Source: Lama glama
Lineage: Eukaryota
Reading direction: 5' to 3'
Length of the DNA: 64,000 nt
NCBI GenBank assembly: GCA_028534125.1
Contig: CM052817.1
Span: 94,056,001 to 94,120,000, forward strand
In this document: positions 51,910-64,000 of the stretch, piece by piece
Position numbering within the stretch: the stretch's first letter is position 1
Layout: every line of letters begins with the position of its first letter
Notes under the pieces: generated by a model
The model's database searches: none
What the model saw: the letters and a program-made list of their open reading frames with translations, nothing else
What the model was told of the DNA's origin: nothing
Made by a program: the position numbers and the translations under genes

Positions 51910-52780
51910 CTGGTGGCTTTGGGATGTGTCACCTGGCTGAAGTGCTTTTCCCAGAATTCCCTTTCTTGAATGCTTCCTTGTTAGGATAGGATGCAGGGAG
52001 GTCCTTAAACCTCCATATTCTTAAACTTCTAATCATAGTAATATAATACAAAGCAGGTATTACTAAAATTATTCAGTTTTAAAATGAGCCTTTTTAATAT
52101 ATATATCTTTATTGAAGTATAGTCAGTTTACAATGCTGTGTCAGTTTCTGGCATACAGCACAATGCTTCTTCAGTCATATAGGAACATACACATATTTGT
52201 TTTCATATTCTTTTTTACCATAAGTTACTACCAGATATTGAAATATAGTTCCCTGTGCTATATACAGAAGAAACATGTTGTTTATCTATTTTATACACGG
52301 TAGTTAGTGTGCCATTTTGGAGGGCACACACCTTGCTGCTTTGCTGCCCCACCTCGCTGGGACGTATCAGCAGGGCCTGCAATTGCTCTCCCTTCCCCTC
52401 CATCCTTCTCTAGCTCTTCTAGCCAAAGAGTATGTATATAGTCCTCTGACAAAGGACCCCAGCTTCTGCAGAATACCATTGTCACCAATAACAGAGGCGA
52501 CTAGAATGAACAAGTGTATCGGGCCACCCTCGTAGGATTCCAGATCACACTGGTGAGTTCCAGCCTGCTTATGGTCTTCATTTCCCACCCTGTGGACTTA
52601 AAGCTCCAGGTTCGAAAGCAGAGACAACAGCCTTGCAGGGGCTACTTAACCAGCTCCCCAAATTATGTAAGTGAATTCCCTGTAACAAATCTGTATATGT
52701 GTTTGTGTATGTATTTCCTAGTGAGGGAATTTATGTTATTTGAAATTTATACTGTTTGACGGCGGCATTATCAGACACAG
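51910..52780. mobile_element. Old ERVL-type LTR remnant, interrupted by an L1 tail
   Basis: gtggctttgggatgtgtcacctggctg...tttcccagaattccc at the start and aattccctgtaacaaatc near the end. Family assignment tentative. Confidence 0.4.
52105..52318 (-). mobile_element. 5'-truncated L1 3' tail
   Basis: tttattgaagtatagtcagtttacaatg...atagttccctgtgctatatacagaagaaac, same type as 2390-2612. Confidence 0.82.
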
Positions 52781-52859
52781 AATATAAAATGACCATGTTT
52801 AATATGCTTAAAGAAAAGGAAGCGTGTTCTCCTTGTGCTTAGGATGTCAAAAACTTTTA

Positions 52860-53007
52860 GGGGGAAGGGTATAGCTCAAGTGGTAGAGTGCATGTTTAGC
52901 ATGCATGAGGTTGTGGGTTCAATCCCCAGTACATCCTCTAAGAATAAATATATAAATAAACCTAATTGCTTCCCCCTACCAAAACTAAAAACTAAAAAAA
53001 AAAAAAA
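52860..53007 (+). mobile_element. tRNA-Ala-derived SINE, long form
   Basis: gggggaagggtatagctcaagtggtagag...ttagcatgc...gggttcaatccccagtac plus aaataaacctaattgcttccccc plus poly-A. Confidence 0.88.
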
Positions 53008-54244
53008 GGTGCTGGACAAGGTTGCTCCTATTCTAACAAGAAAAGTTGGACAATCAGTAAAATTATAACTTTTCTCCAACTTACTAGAGACACTGACTTC
53101 ACAGGACAACCAAGCAAACTGAATTCAAAGAGTGACAGTTAGAGGCAGGACTATTGCTTCTGAGAGAGCAGGAGTAGAAGAGGTGACTGCCATAAAGGGG
53201 GATAAGAAGAAATCAACTAATATTACTTACTAAATTCTTAAAGACTGAGTCGGTGCTAATGGGTCAGTTCACAGTAACTGGGAGCCCCTGACACAAGGAG
53301 AATCTGCACTCACTTGCAACTTCTTTTCTGCAGGTTTCCACCAGGTCTTCATAAGAAAAACTAAGCACAGGGCAGAAGACCCCAAAAAAGCCCTTGCTGA
53401 TGTGCAATAACTGACTGATGCTGGAGGGAAAAGCAAGAAACGTGGCCTGCTTTTCTAGACCCTCCTTTCATATGAAGCAAAAGCTGGGGACCACTTGGTT
53501 AGGAGCAGCAACACATGTAAAAGACCTACAGCTTGAAGGAATAGTAGAAATAAAAGCCCTCTGCTCCTGAGAAAAGCACAGGTATGCCTCCTGGGCTCAG
53601 ACTCCTGTGCTGATACGAACTAGAGGTCTGCCCATCCCTGGAGGCAGGGTAAGACTGCCATGTACACAATGTGGAGCTTGGCTACCCTGGGGGAGTGCTG
53701 AGAAAGCTCTGTCCTCTGAGTTCCAGGGTCACAGGCTTGCCTAAGACTAAGGCTGGACCCGGATAACTGACAACCACCTTTGTCCCCCCACCCCCACCAC
53801 CAGGAGTCTACCATTAGTAACAGTCAGCACCAGTCTTCCTCTGAAAAGAGACTCCCTCTTTGGTGCAAATGTCAGGGGGCCTCTGAAAGCTGTGGGTGGA
53901 GGAGTTACACTGTCCACTCACATGCTAAGCACAAGGTTCAGCCTACTGCTTTGAGAGTTTCTAGCTGGAGGAGCAGAGGGGGAACTCAAGCAGATCCAGG
54001 AGACTCCCTGAGCTGAGACGTAAGAAAGTCCCAGGAGACCAGTGTGGCCAGCGTCCACAGGACCAAACACCAGAGGGAGGACTGCTGCATGGAGAGAGAA
54101 CCCCCGAGTTCTGCGGAGAGTTCCCCTTGAGAATTCAGCAGAATTCTGATGAACACAAGCAAGGGAGAAAACCATCCAAGTACCGAGCAAAGAACACCTG
54201 AAAGGATCGAAGGGGATAGATCGGAGCTGTGGGAAAAGTATTGA

Positions 54245-54445
54245 GTGACACCTCTATGCTAGGCAAGTTCACATGAATATCTTATCTTCACAAGGACCTG
54301 TGAGATAGATAACATGTTCATTTTACAGAAAAGGAAGCTGGGGCCCCAGAAGGGACTCCTGCAGTTTTTGCAGGATTACCGAGCTAGTCAATGTCAGTGC
54401 TTGCATGCAAGATTATGTCTTCTGACCAGAAAACACGTGTCTCTT
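54245..54445 (-). mobile_element. MIR fragment
   Basis: atgctaggcaagttcacatgaatatc...ctgtgagatag...cattttacagaaaaggaagctggggccc. Confidence 0.6.
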
Positions 54446-54695
54446 TGCAGTTTTCTGTGCTCTCTCTCCTTGCACATGGCCTGTGATTGACGAAATTCTG
54501 AGAGACTTAGCTTTTCTTTACTTACTAACTGGAAATTCCCTCCCTCCCTTCAACAATTGCTTGAAATAGGCATACAACACTTAAAATGCATGTACTCAAC
54601 ATTTCTTCTGAATACTGCAGGTTTTCTTCATGCTTCCAAGGTCAACTTTCTTTAGAGGAAGATTATAGTTTTGATTTATTTAAAAATGAATTGAG

Positions 54696-54809
54696 GGGGA
54701 GGGTATAGCTCAGTGGTAGAGCACATGCTTAGCATGCACAAGGTCCTGGGTTCATTTTCCAGTGCCTCCACTAAAGGAAAAAAAAAAAAAAGAATAAACT
54801 TTAAAAATA
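54696..54809 (+). mobile_element. tRNA-Ala-derived SINE, short form
   Basis: ggggagggtatagctcagtggtagagcacatgcttagcatgcacaaggtcctgggttc. 14-bp TSD aaaaatgaattgag at 54682-54695 and 54810-54823. Confidence 0.9.
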
Positions 54810-55230
54810 AAAAATGAATTGAGTAACCATAGGGCACCAGAACAAATTTTGTAAAAACATTTACATAGTTTTAAGTATTGAGGTTTTTTTTAATGATTTT
54901 ATTTTTCCTACGAAAACTTTTCTATCTTTAAAAATGTTAGTAAAATCCAGGGGCCTTAAGTGATCCCTAAAATCAACATCACATCTCTTCTTACAAGGCT
55001 TGGTGGAATGAATGGATGAAGTCCCTACCTGAAGAATCATGGTGGGAGGGCATCTCAAGTGCAGCGATACCAAAGGAGTGTCCTTAATCCGGATCACCTG
55101 AATCCTGAAACTAGATCCCAAATTTCCCATTTTTGTTTGTGCAGTTTTCCAGGGGGACTCTGACAGCTTTCTTCGAATCCCCAAGAGTCTCAAATGCAGT
55201 AAAAGTAAGGAACTTGTACTCGATCGGTGC

Positions 55231-55416
55231 TAGTCATTCTCAAACTGTGGTCTCTGGATCACAGCAGCAGCATCGTCTGGAATCTTGTTAAAACTGCAAG
55301 CACTCAAGCCTCACCTGGACCTGCTGAATCAGAAACTCCAAGGGTGGGGCCCAGCAATGCCTGTTTTAACGATCCCTCCAGGTGATTCTGATGGATGCTC
55401 AAGTTTGAGAACACAG
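55231..55416. mobile_element. MER5A hAT-Charlie MITE
   Basis: ttctcaaactgtggtc...cagcagcatc...ctgaatcagaaactc...ggtggggcccagcaat...ccctccaggtgattctgatg...aagtttgagaac. Confidence 0.85.
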
Positions 55417-56867
55417 CTCTCTCTTTCCCTTGGATTGACCTCCGAAAGCCACTATTCTCATCTGGCTGAAAAGGCTTCTTGAGAACTCCCCCTTTTTTTT
55501 GCCTTCTTCAAGCTCATGTCTAATTCTACTTAATGCAGGAAGCTTTCTAAGCCTGGAGGAACTAAATTCGATTTCTCCCATCATCTGGAAAGAGCCACCT
55601 CCCCCAACCCCCACCCTATCCTAGCACAGGATATTCACCCTGTTCCTTAAAAGAAAGATAAATAAATACAGAAGACCAGAATCAAAACTTCAAACCAACC
55701 ATAAAAAGCACTTGGTGTGTGTTTGGACAACATGCGAATAAATATATGACATGTTTATTTTACTGTTTTAGAGCTTAAACTTTTGGAAACTTTTGGGCTA
55801 AAGGAACTTATATATATATATACACCTTGGGCAACAGACAAGGTAAATAAATTTTTCAACACTGGAGAATAGCAAAAATATTCTCAAATCATGATTCTGT
55901 CCGATGAGCTGCTCTAGAATCCCAGGGCTGGATTTAATCAGTGTCCATAAAATTGTTCGCATTTAAAATTGTTCATTAGCTGTTATGTCTCCGTGGTGCT
56001 CCAGCTACTGCACGGAATATAGGACAGCTCTGACTCCTACTCCCATGGTCACTTCCCTGCGGCATTCTGCGCTTCTGGCTTAACTTTCCTGGGAAGAAAA
56101 ACTGAAAACTTTCTTGGTACTGAGCCATGCTCTCATCTGGGATAAACATTAAGAAAGAGGAAGGGAGCTTTTGTTCAGATTATACATGCCAGATACTGCC
56201 ACATTAATAGTCCCGCACATCCCAATGGTGCTTACTTCAAACATTTGGTTCTCAAAGCCTCCTGTCTCAGGAATGTGCTGGTAACTGTCAGGAGTCAGGG
56301 ACGAATGGCCCCATGCACTCATGAACACTTACTCTGTGAGTGCCACTGATAGTATAAAGGGAAATCCTTCGAACTTATTGTGGTTTATCAGCTCTCACAT
56401 AGCTCAGTGTTTCCCAGATTGGAGGTTTCCACACCCAAGGGAACTATGAGAATTGTTAAAGAGGTCACCACGTTGGCTTCAAGCCAAGAGGACATAAACC
56501 ACCATCCGTGAAAGGCATCTTTGCCTTAGAATTAGTATTGACTGATGGGAAACCACGCAGTGATTATAAATGAAAGAGCTCTTTGATCGTTTTCCTTGTA
56601 GAAACTGAGGATGAGTAAACAGGTCAAAGCTCATGTGCAGAAAGAAAGTAAAAAAAAAAAAAAACCATGAGTGGATGATAATAGAAACAAAAGGAGAGAA
56701 GAGTCAAAAAAGAGAATGTGGAGAGAGAGCAAGGAAGCAGTGAAGACAGGAAAACAGTGCAACAGAACCTACTCAGTTTCTAAGTCAATGTTTTAAATTA
56801 TAGTAAAAGTTTCAGGCACCGCCACCAAGGGAGACAGAGTAGTGAAGAAGTCTAACTAAGATTTATT

Positions 56868-57118
56868 GCATCAGTATTACTGATTTTTCCTTTTGCCTTA
56901 AGCTCAAATAGGGTTTGGCCAGCACCGTTACTGGACCTAATTATTTAAAATTTTGAAAAGTTTGAATTTTTGTTCAATTGGATTCTGTTCAACTGGATTT
57001 TGATTTTTTTCTAAATATTGCATTAAAATATCATTTATCTTGATTACCAAGTCTGGGGCACTCCTTAAATTTTGTACCCAAGGCAAGCGTCATGCTTGTC
57101 TTATCCTAGTCCTGGCCC
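56868..57118. mobile_element. MER96B-like hAT-Tip100 fragment
   Basis: atattgcattaaaatatcatttatcttgattac...ccttaaattttgtaccc...cctagtcctggccc terminal segment. Confidence 0.55.
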
Positions 57119-57894
57119 ATAGATCATACTGTCCTTCAAAATTTGATGTGGTACAGTCAGAAGAAGAGATGGAGAAACAGGTCTCTCCTTCAAATGGGAA
57201 GTCTAATTAGCGTCTGGGTTCAGCCAAATATAGCTCTGGAGGCTGGAAGCTCTCGTGGGAAGTAATTTTCACAAATTATGGGGTTGGAGAAATGCTTGTA
57301 CCTTAAAGAATTAGATGTGGAGACTTACTCTGAATAAAGTTTCTCCCAAGCACTCATTTGCATTATCTAGTGAAAGCCAGGCAAACAATCGTCTCGTAGC
57401 CATCTCCTCCTCTGTCACAAACGTAAGGCCCGAAAGTGAAACCAAAGACTCTTGTCCCGCCAAGTCCTACAAGAAAGGCAAACCAGAAACTCAGCAACTC
57501 CCAGGTTTACACTGCAATTTGAAAGTGACAGGCTTCTCCCTGGAGCAATGTAAGAAGCTTCCCGAAAAGCATGCTTTGAATGTTTATTAATCTGTTCATG
57601 TGGGAAAGGATACATAGTTGGGGATCAGACTTACTGAGTCTGGATCTATAGACTCCAGTAGGAGACTACAGAAATGCATCTGGATGAAGAAATCCTGGTC
57701 AGATTAAACTAAAGTAGCCGACTTGAGAAAATTTGATCTCATGTTACCTTTAAAGAAACATACAATGGCAGGTTCATACTGCAGATGTAGGTGACTCGGA
57801 AATACAGTTCATGCAGTTAAGATAATTTTTATTATCGTGTTATCATTTGTTACGGGAAGAGCAGAGTATCAGACATTTTACTTACGTTACCTCT

Positions 57895-58050
57895 TTTATA
57901 GTCACAATAACCAGGAACGGGAGACTTTTCTCTCTCCATTTTCCACATGAAGAAACCAACTTACAAAAGTGATCTGCCCTCAGCCAGATCAAGCGATTTA
58001 TTAGTTTTCGGTGGAGCCAGATTTTTAACCCGAGTCTAATTCCCAAAATC
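57895..58050 (-). mobile_element. Degraded MIR
   Basis: tctccattttccacatgaagaaacc...aagtgatctgccc...ttagt...ggagccagatttttaacccgagtct. Confidence 0.55.
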
Positions 58051-58069
58051 ACTGTGTTTTTCTCTTCAT

Positions 58070-58392
58070 CAGGGGTCTGCAGACTACAGACCACATGCCA
58101 AGTCTGCTATGTCACCTCAGTCTGCAAACCAAGATCAGTTTTTAGATCTTTAAATGGTTGAAGAAAATCAAAAGAAGAATGTTATTTTATGAAATGTGAA
58201 AATTACATGAAATTCAAATCTGTGTCCATAAATCAAATTTTATTGGAACCCAGCCACACCCATTCACTTCCTTACGCTCTCTGCTCCATTCATACTGCAA
58301 TGGCAGAGTGAAGTTGTTGCTAGAGAGCTCATACAGCCCACAACCTAAAATATTTACTATGGGCTTCTTTAAGATAACATTATCCTAACTTG
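58070..58392. mobile_element. MER58B hAT MITE
   Basis: caggggtctgcagactacag...aaatggttgaagaaaatcaaaagaagaat...tgaaattcaaat...ttttattggaacccagccacacccattc...cctaaaatatttactat. Confidence 0.82.
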
Positions 58393-60381
58393 GTAGTAGC
58401 AATTTTTTTTAAACATCGTTAAAAAAAAAATACCCGCATTAACAGGCTTTCTTTCCCCACTGTGGATATAATCAATACTCCTGAACCACACTGCTAACTC
58501 TTCTCCCTGTCTGTACCTCCAGCTTGTAAGGGAAATCTCATTCCTACCTTAATATTCTGCCAATCAGATCAAGTTACTTCCTTCTTTAATTTCAGTCTAT
58601 GTGGAAGAGGAAAAACGTACACAAGCACATAGATGTGACTGCTGATTTCTTAATAAATCATGGATTTTTGCCAATCCCAAACCCATAACTGATTATAGGA
58701 ATCATACAACGCCAAAGAGAGATTACCTTTAAGAAGGAGCAAGAGAATACTTTTTCAAGCTATAGAATGATACAGATAAAGAATAACAAAGTTATGGCAA
58801 GGTAAACACCACCACACCACAAGGCAAACATGGCAAAGACGCTATTGCAAAATGCTCTGTGTAAATATCCAGTTTTTAACGTCTTCTTCCAACAGATTTC
58901 TGCTGTCTACGTTTCCTCTGACAGTCACTCTGCTGACTTGGCATCCCAGACATCATTGTGCAAAATGTTCTGGGAATCCAACAGTCCTCAGCATTTGAGG
59001 TCCAGCCCTCAAGCAGTACTCATAATGCTAGTGTCATCACCAGGATCCATGTACATTCCCATTATCTCCTTCAAACACTGGAAGGAAGAAAACTAGAGAA
59101 ATGTCTATCAGAGGGCCATCAAAGGTAAGGCTGGGCGCAATGCTGCAGTTCACAGCAACCGTGGGTAGCCTGCTTCTCTCGCTGTCATCCTCTCAGAACA
59201 GCCTCTTTGGACCTCCCTTCAGTGCTTTTCAGTGGTACCCTCCAGCTGCAATATTTTTTCTATGTCACCCGCTAAAGAAATTCATTGAACGATAATGAAA
59301 TCATATTAACAGGGCCGGTAGGATGCTCTTCCTTGGAAAATGGAATAGATATTTCCATGCCCAAATAAATTTTCTTAGGTAGAAATTCAATTTCTTAGCC
59401 TGATCTTCAGTGGTTTAAGTTTTTTCCCCTCATCTTCAGCCTTAGTTAAATCATCTTTTCATAGGGAAAATATTCTCAGCAACCTAAGTACACCACCAAC
59501 TTTCCATGAAAATAAACTCCATTTCTCCATTCCCCAGGCCTCCCAGATTTCTGACACATTTGAAATCTTCTTGAGTCTGCCAAAGTCCAAGGAGTGCCAA
59601 ATATACCTCATGCGCCAATCTGGTCTTCAGACAGACTTGATACGATGAAGTCGAATTCTGAAAGCCTAGCAGAAAGGAAATGACTTCAATCAGAAGCAGG
59701 CTGGGTTTAAAACTGTCTTGTCTGTATGGTTGCTTTCTTTTTTTCCTGGATGGTTCCAGAAAAAATAAATCTGATTCTTGTGACTGTCTGCTTTGGAAAT
59801 TGTTTTTTCCCCTCTTTGTCATTCTCTGTGTGAATCCTAATGGACCACTGAAGAGAATTTTCCAGGAGAAAAAGAAAGAGAAGAGCCAATGAAATTAAGA
59901 CTCAGTTTGCTCTTACTAACCTAACTCTCTTTCACTCAGGGGTACGCTGCCGGGTCAGCCAGTAAGGGGACCGTTGTTAAAGGCTCCCCTGTTGTTTGAC
60001 CTCCGGAAAATGTCTCCTTTAGCCTTGAACCAAGACCAGTTGCAAGAGTTCTCTTTAAGACTCTTTCTAACTCTGCCAGAAATGACTTAGATAACCAAGT
60101 GGTTCAGGATCAACCCTTTAAAATTTAAAGTGCTTTCGGAAGGAAAACAAGCTTTTTTTAAAAAAAAAAAAAAGACAAATCCCAATGAGAGCAAAGATAA
60201 CCCTTTAAAATGTGGGAAGAAGCTGAGTCAGACCCTGTCAGCAAGCTTCACTGAGGCCCAGGGACTTGTAACAACACGACTTTTTAAAACGCACACAGCA
60301 GCTTTGTATCCAAAGATCTCAACGTGTTCTACAAAAGTAAAATTGCCTAACGTTCCATTTGAGGGGGTAGTTTCTCTAAAT

Positions 60382-60585
60382 CAGGGTTTCTCATCCTTGG
60401 CACGACTGGCATTTTGAACCGGATAACTCTTTGTCGTGGAGGATGTTTAGCAGTGTCCCTGACCTCTCCCCACTAGATGCCAGTAGTACCACCATCCTTT
60501 CTCCTGCTTGTGACAACCAAAAATGTCTCCAGTCAGTGCCATGTGTCCTTTGGTGGGCAAAATGATACCCCGTTGAGAACCACAG
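60382..60585. mobile_element. MER20 hAT MITE
   Basis: cagggtttctca...ggatgtttagcag...cccactagatgccagtag...gtgacaaccaaaaatgtctccag...ttgagaaccacag. 8-bp TSD ctctaaat (60374-60381) / ttctaaat (60586-60593). Confidence 0.88.
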
Positions 60586-60896
60586 TTCTAAATGAATAAA
60601 CCAAAGAACAGAACTGTCAATAAACTTAAATAATAGCACCTAGCCAAAAAGCAGTTGCTGAACTGGAAAAGAAAATGATGACTCCTGAGTCCCAAGCATT
60701 TGACGCTTAACGCCAGTGCACCCTCCTCCGCGGAAATTCAAGCCCCTATTTATTCCCCAGAGCCCCTAATTTATTCCTTGGGTTGGTTAGTTCTGAAAAC
60801 ACATCCACTAGTACTGAGTTGTCAGTATAAATGTCCCCTTGTGCTGCGCTGCATCCTTGGTTGGGTTGAATACATCTGATTGGTGTTACTCTCCTG

Positions 60897-60925
60897 GGGT
60901 GGAGGTGGAGGTGGAGGTGGAGTTG
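60897..60925. repeat. (GGAGGT)n simple repeat
   Basis: gggtggaggtggaggtggaggtggagttg. Confidence 0.8.
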
Positions 60926-61817
60926 GTGTCACTAAGTAAATTCTGAGACTAACTTCGGTTTCAAAGGGAGCAAGTCTGTAGAGCAGGCAATGGACCAGAA
61001 GCAACCCTGTAACTGTCAATGCAGAATCTTTTCTAGCTTAAAGCCTTTACTAAGAGCAGAGCTGCTCATGGACAGGATGGGGTGGGATGTGGAGCACACA
61101 GGATGACTGAACCGAGCAGACGAGAGACTTTCCCATTCTGTTAGCTGGTAAGTCGCTGAACCACATTAATTTTTGTCAGAGCACTGTTTGGAAATGATTG
61201 CAACATGGACTTTTGTTCATTGATTTAAACAGCACCTTTCATTTGCGTATCAATTTTTCGATATGTCAGTGCCTGTCTCTCAATAAATCCTAAAAGACTG
61301 GTCCCCACCTTCTTCTTTATTCGCACTGGTGTGTGAACTTGTTGATCTCCCAAAATGAGTCAGCAAAGTCAGGTACCAATTAATCTGAGCAACAAACCAC
61401 CTCAAGCAGTTTGGGAATAGAGACAGGTGTAGGAAATTATTTTAAAAACAAACTCTGCAAGACACAAAAACGAAGTGGGATGGCATGCTGGTGTAACTAT
61501 TACACAAAGCTAGGTATAAACCTCCACCACTCAGCTCTGTATCATTCACTGAACATATGTTGAGGACCCACGGGCTCTAAGACCCTGTGTTGATATTCTG
61601 GAGAACATAAGAACACCCAGAGTCAGGCTCTGCTTTGATTTTTTTTTTTTTTGCATAAGCTAACAGATAAACTATTGCATATGCATAAGTCGTTATCCTG
61701 TGAGGCAGAAGGTTATCAGTGCTTTAAAAAGGCATAGGCAAAGTGTCTATTTCTGGCATTCACAATTTTTGGTCTCATTATACCACAAAGAATTAAGTTT
61801 TCATCACGAAAGTGTAA

Positions 61818-62310
61818 TTGGTATGGAGTAAAAGGAACCCTAAATTTAGGGTCAAAAAAATCTGGGCTGAAACCTTGTATTTTCATTCTCTAGACACACA
61901 CCTCTGAGCATGTTCCTTTAGCTCTCTTCACCTCTCTCTTCACCTCTCTGAGCCTCTCTGCCTGGTCTACAAAAAGAGAACAATATTGCCTCAAAGGGTA
62001 ATTCTGAAGAGCATAACTTTTGTTACATTTTCAGACAAACGTGAGAATCTCTAGAGCTGGGATTTAATCACAGCTAAACGTGGTTTATAGCTTACCTTGT
62101 GCAAAGTCCCTTAATATATTATCTTTAACCTACATGGTAATCCTATGAAATGGACATCATTCATTATCTCCCTTTTACAGATAAGAAAATGGAAGGCCAG
62201 AGAGGTTAAGCAATTTGTCTGAAGTCACACAGCTGGCATTCAACAGACTGTTGAGTCGATTGAACCTAGGCCTACGGAACTTGAGAGCATGTGTAATTTC
62301 CACGTCGCCA
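61818..62310. mobile_element. Two MIR fragments (+ at ~61818-62010, - at ~62080-62310)
   Basis: ctctgagcctc...tctacaaaaagagaacaat on +; ttttacagataagaaaatggaaggccagagaggttaagcaatttgtctgaagtcacacagct on -. Confidence 0.7.
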
Positions 62311-64000
62311 TGTTGCCATTTTACTATAGCCTCTATTTTGCATGAAAGAACAGAAAATATGAATAAACAAGTTCATACAGCACTCGAAATACAGGGACTG
62401 ATAAAATAACCATCAAAAAAAATCCTGATTTACGATATTTCAAGGGGAAAAAAAAGAACAAATACAAGTTACTCTCAACAGGACTGTTAAGAACATGAGA
62501 CAAGAAACAGGTGTGAGGATGCTCGCAGAGGTCTGGTCCTACTCTTTGTTTCAACACTTGAGCAGAATGAGGGCCTGGAAGCCTCAGGAGCTTTTCTGTG
62601 TTCATGTTTGAACTCAAACCCAGCACACCCCTCTCACTCAGAGAGAAAGAGGGGGCCAGGATATCACTGTGTTCTGGAATATGAAGATGAGAAACAACTG
62701 GCTAGTTCTCCTCAAGACATATAGACAGTTTCTATTTGGCAGATCACAGTATGACATACCAGGTCAAAATCATCTATTCTTATGCTTTACAGATTGAAAA
62801 GGGTCCTTTTCTGGGGGAGAACAGGGAGACAGAGCATCGTGAAACACACGAGGGCCAATGGGATTCAGGGAGACTCCCATGTAAAGTACTCTCCTATGGG
62901 CTGGCCGCGAGGGGCCACCTCATTTAATCCTTAGGACAGGGGATGTGGGGCCCGGGCTCTATCACTATTTTGCAGATGAGAAGACTGAGGTGTGATGACC
63001 CTAGTGTCTTCCCCAAGGTGTCTCTGGGTAGTCATTTGTGTTACTTTATGGCAGCCAGCCACCTTCAACATGAGGGGTGTCCTCTCGTCCCCGTCCCCCT
63101 TTCCCAGGGCCTACCTTGTTCCCTGAGTACAGATTCACTTCCCAGTCACCTGCACGTCACTCTGCTCACCTTCCATCAGGCACACAGGGGGACACCAGCT
63201 GGCACACACACCAGCACCGACATTTAATAGTAGTATTTTCCAACGGCCCACGACCTTTGAACTGACCGATATTTGGCAGCCCACTCAGTTGTCTGTAAAA
63301 GGCTTGCACGACTCTTTGGCAAACTCCAGCCACAAAAGTGAGTTTGTACCGTCCAAGGGAATGATTCGCACCATGGAAGGGAAACTTCATCCCGGCCCAA
63401 GCAAAGAATGAGGAAGATAAATCTTTAGGAAAAAAGAAATCTCCAAAGCCAAAGAGAAACTCATTCTTTTTGGATGATCTATCGCCCTCCTCCCATAAGG
63501 CAGATCATTAGGGTTACCTGGAATCTCTAGTTTTACACCAGCGCCAAAAACTAGGTATTAATCTATTTTTATAGATGATGAAAATAAGCCTCAGAGGTTA
63601 AAAAACTTGCCCCGGCCCATCCAGGTGGTAAGTGCCAGGACTGAGTTTCTTCAAACTCACTCACCTTTGGTAAGGCACTCCCCTCCCGAGAAAACAAACA
63701 GCCGAGCAAAATGAAGGGGAAACACTCCTTCTCTTTGAGCGCATGATTAAAAACAGTTAAAACTTTTGGCTCAATGATCCAGCCTTCCACCTTTTTGGCT
63801 ACCTACGGTGAATGTCCAAAAGGACAGTCATCCCACGTCCACATACTTTCTTACCTGCTGAGGTTCCGACTTCAGGTCGCTCCTCCTCCGTTGAGCTGGG
63901 CAGGCACAGCCTCACTAGCTTAATTAAGACTTAGCCTAGAAATAGGCTTTCTGAGGCCAGCGGTTTCCAATTTGAATCTGCACCAGCAGAACCGTGAGGG

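Noticed and set aside
52860..52940. Apparent tRNA-Ala genes here and at 5634, 15712, 26238, 27497 and 54696
   Set aside because: Extra 5' GGGGA leader, A-rich tails, TSDs, broken stems and no oligo-T terminator indicate SINE copies.
60897..60925. G-quadruplex potential of (GGAGGT)n
   Set aside because: Only GG tracts in a simple repeat, with no supporting context.
1..64000. CRISPR array, prokaryotic operon, non-retroviral viral insert, NUMT or processed pseudogene
   Set aside because: No repeat-spacer periodicity, no dense intronless ORFs and no recognisable viral, mitochondrial or mRNA-derived sequence by eye. A BLASTX/BLASTN of the repeat-masked window would be needed to exclude highly decayed copies.

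Overview
Mammalian genomic DNA, most likely a camelid, judged from six copies of a tRNA-Ala(AGC)-derived SINE and no recognisable Alu, Bov-tA/BovB, PRE-1 or Can-SINE. The first ~13 kb hold the 3' end of USP38 (ubiquitin-specific peptidase 38) on the + strand. Three coding exons (1246-1352, 2737-4096, 8680-8841) have consistent GT-AG phases, encode the QQD box, His box and Asn-Asp motif of a USP catalytic domain, and are followed by a 3'UTR with candidate proximal and distal poly(A) sites. The remaining ~51 kb is gene-free intergenic DNA; in human, GAB1 lies downstream of USP38 (from memory, not visible here). It is dominated by L1 fragments of several ages, SINEs, MIR/L2, MaLR/ERVL LTRs and hAT MITEs, with one 100-N assembly gap. 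I found no convincing previously undescribed biological system. The most notable items are DNA-repair and retrotransposition scars (a chained-hairpin templated insertion, a twin-primed L1 inversion, a probable captured filler segment inside an L1), an atypical splice acceptor, and a few candidate regulatory elements. Repeat family names come from recall of consensus sequences, and repeat boundaries without TSDs are approximate.
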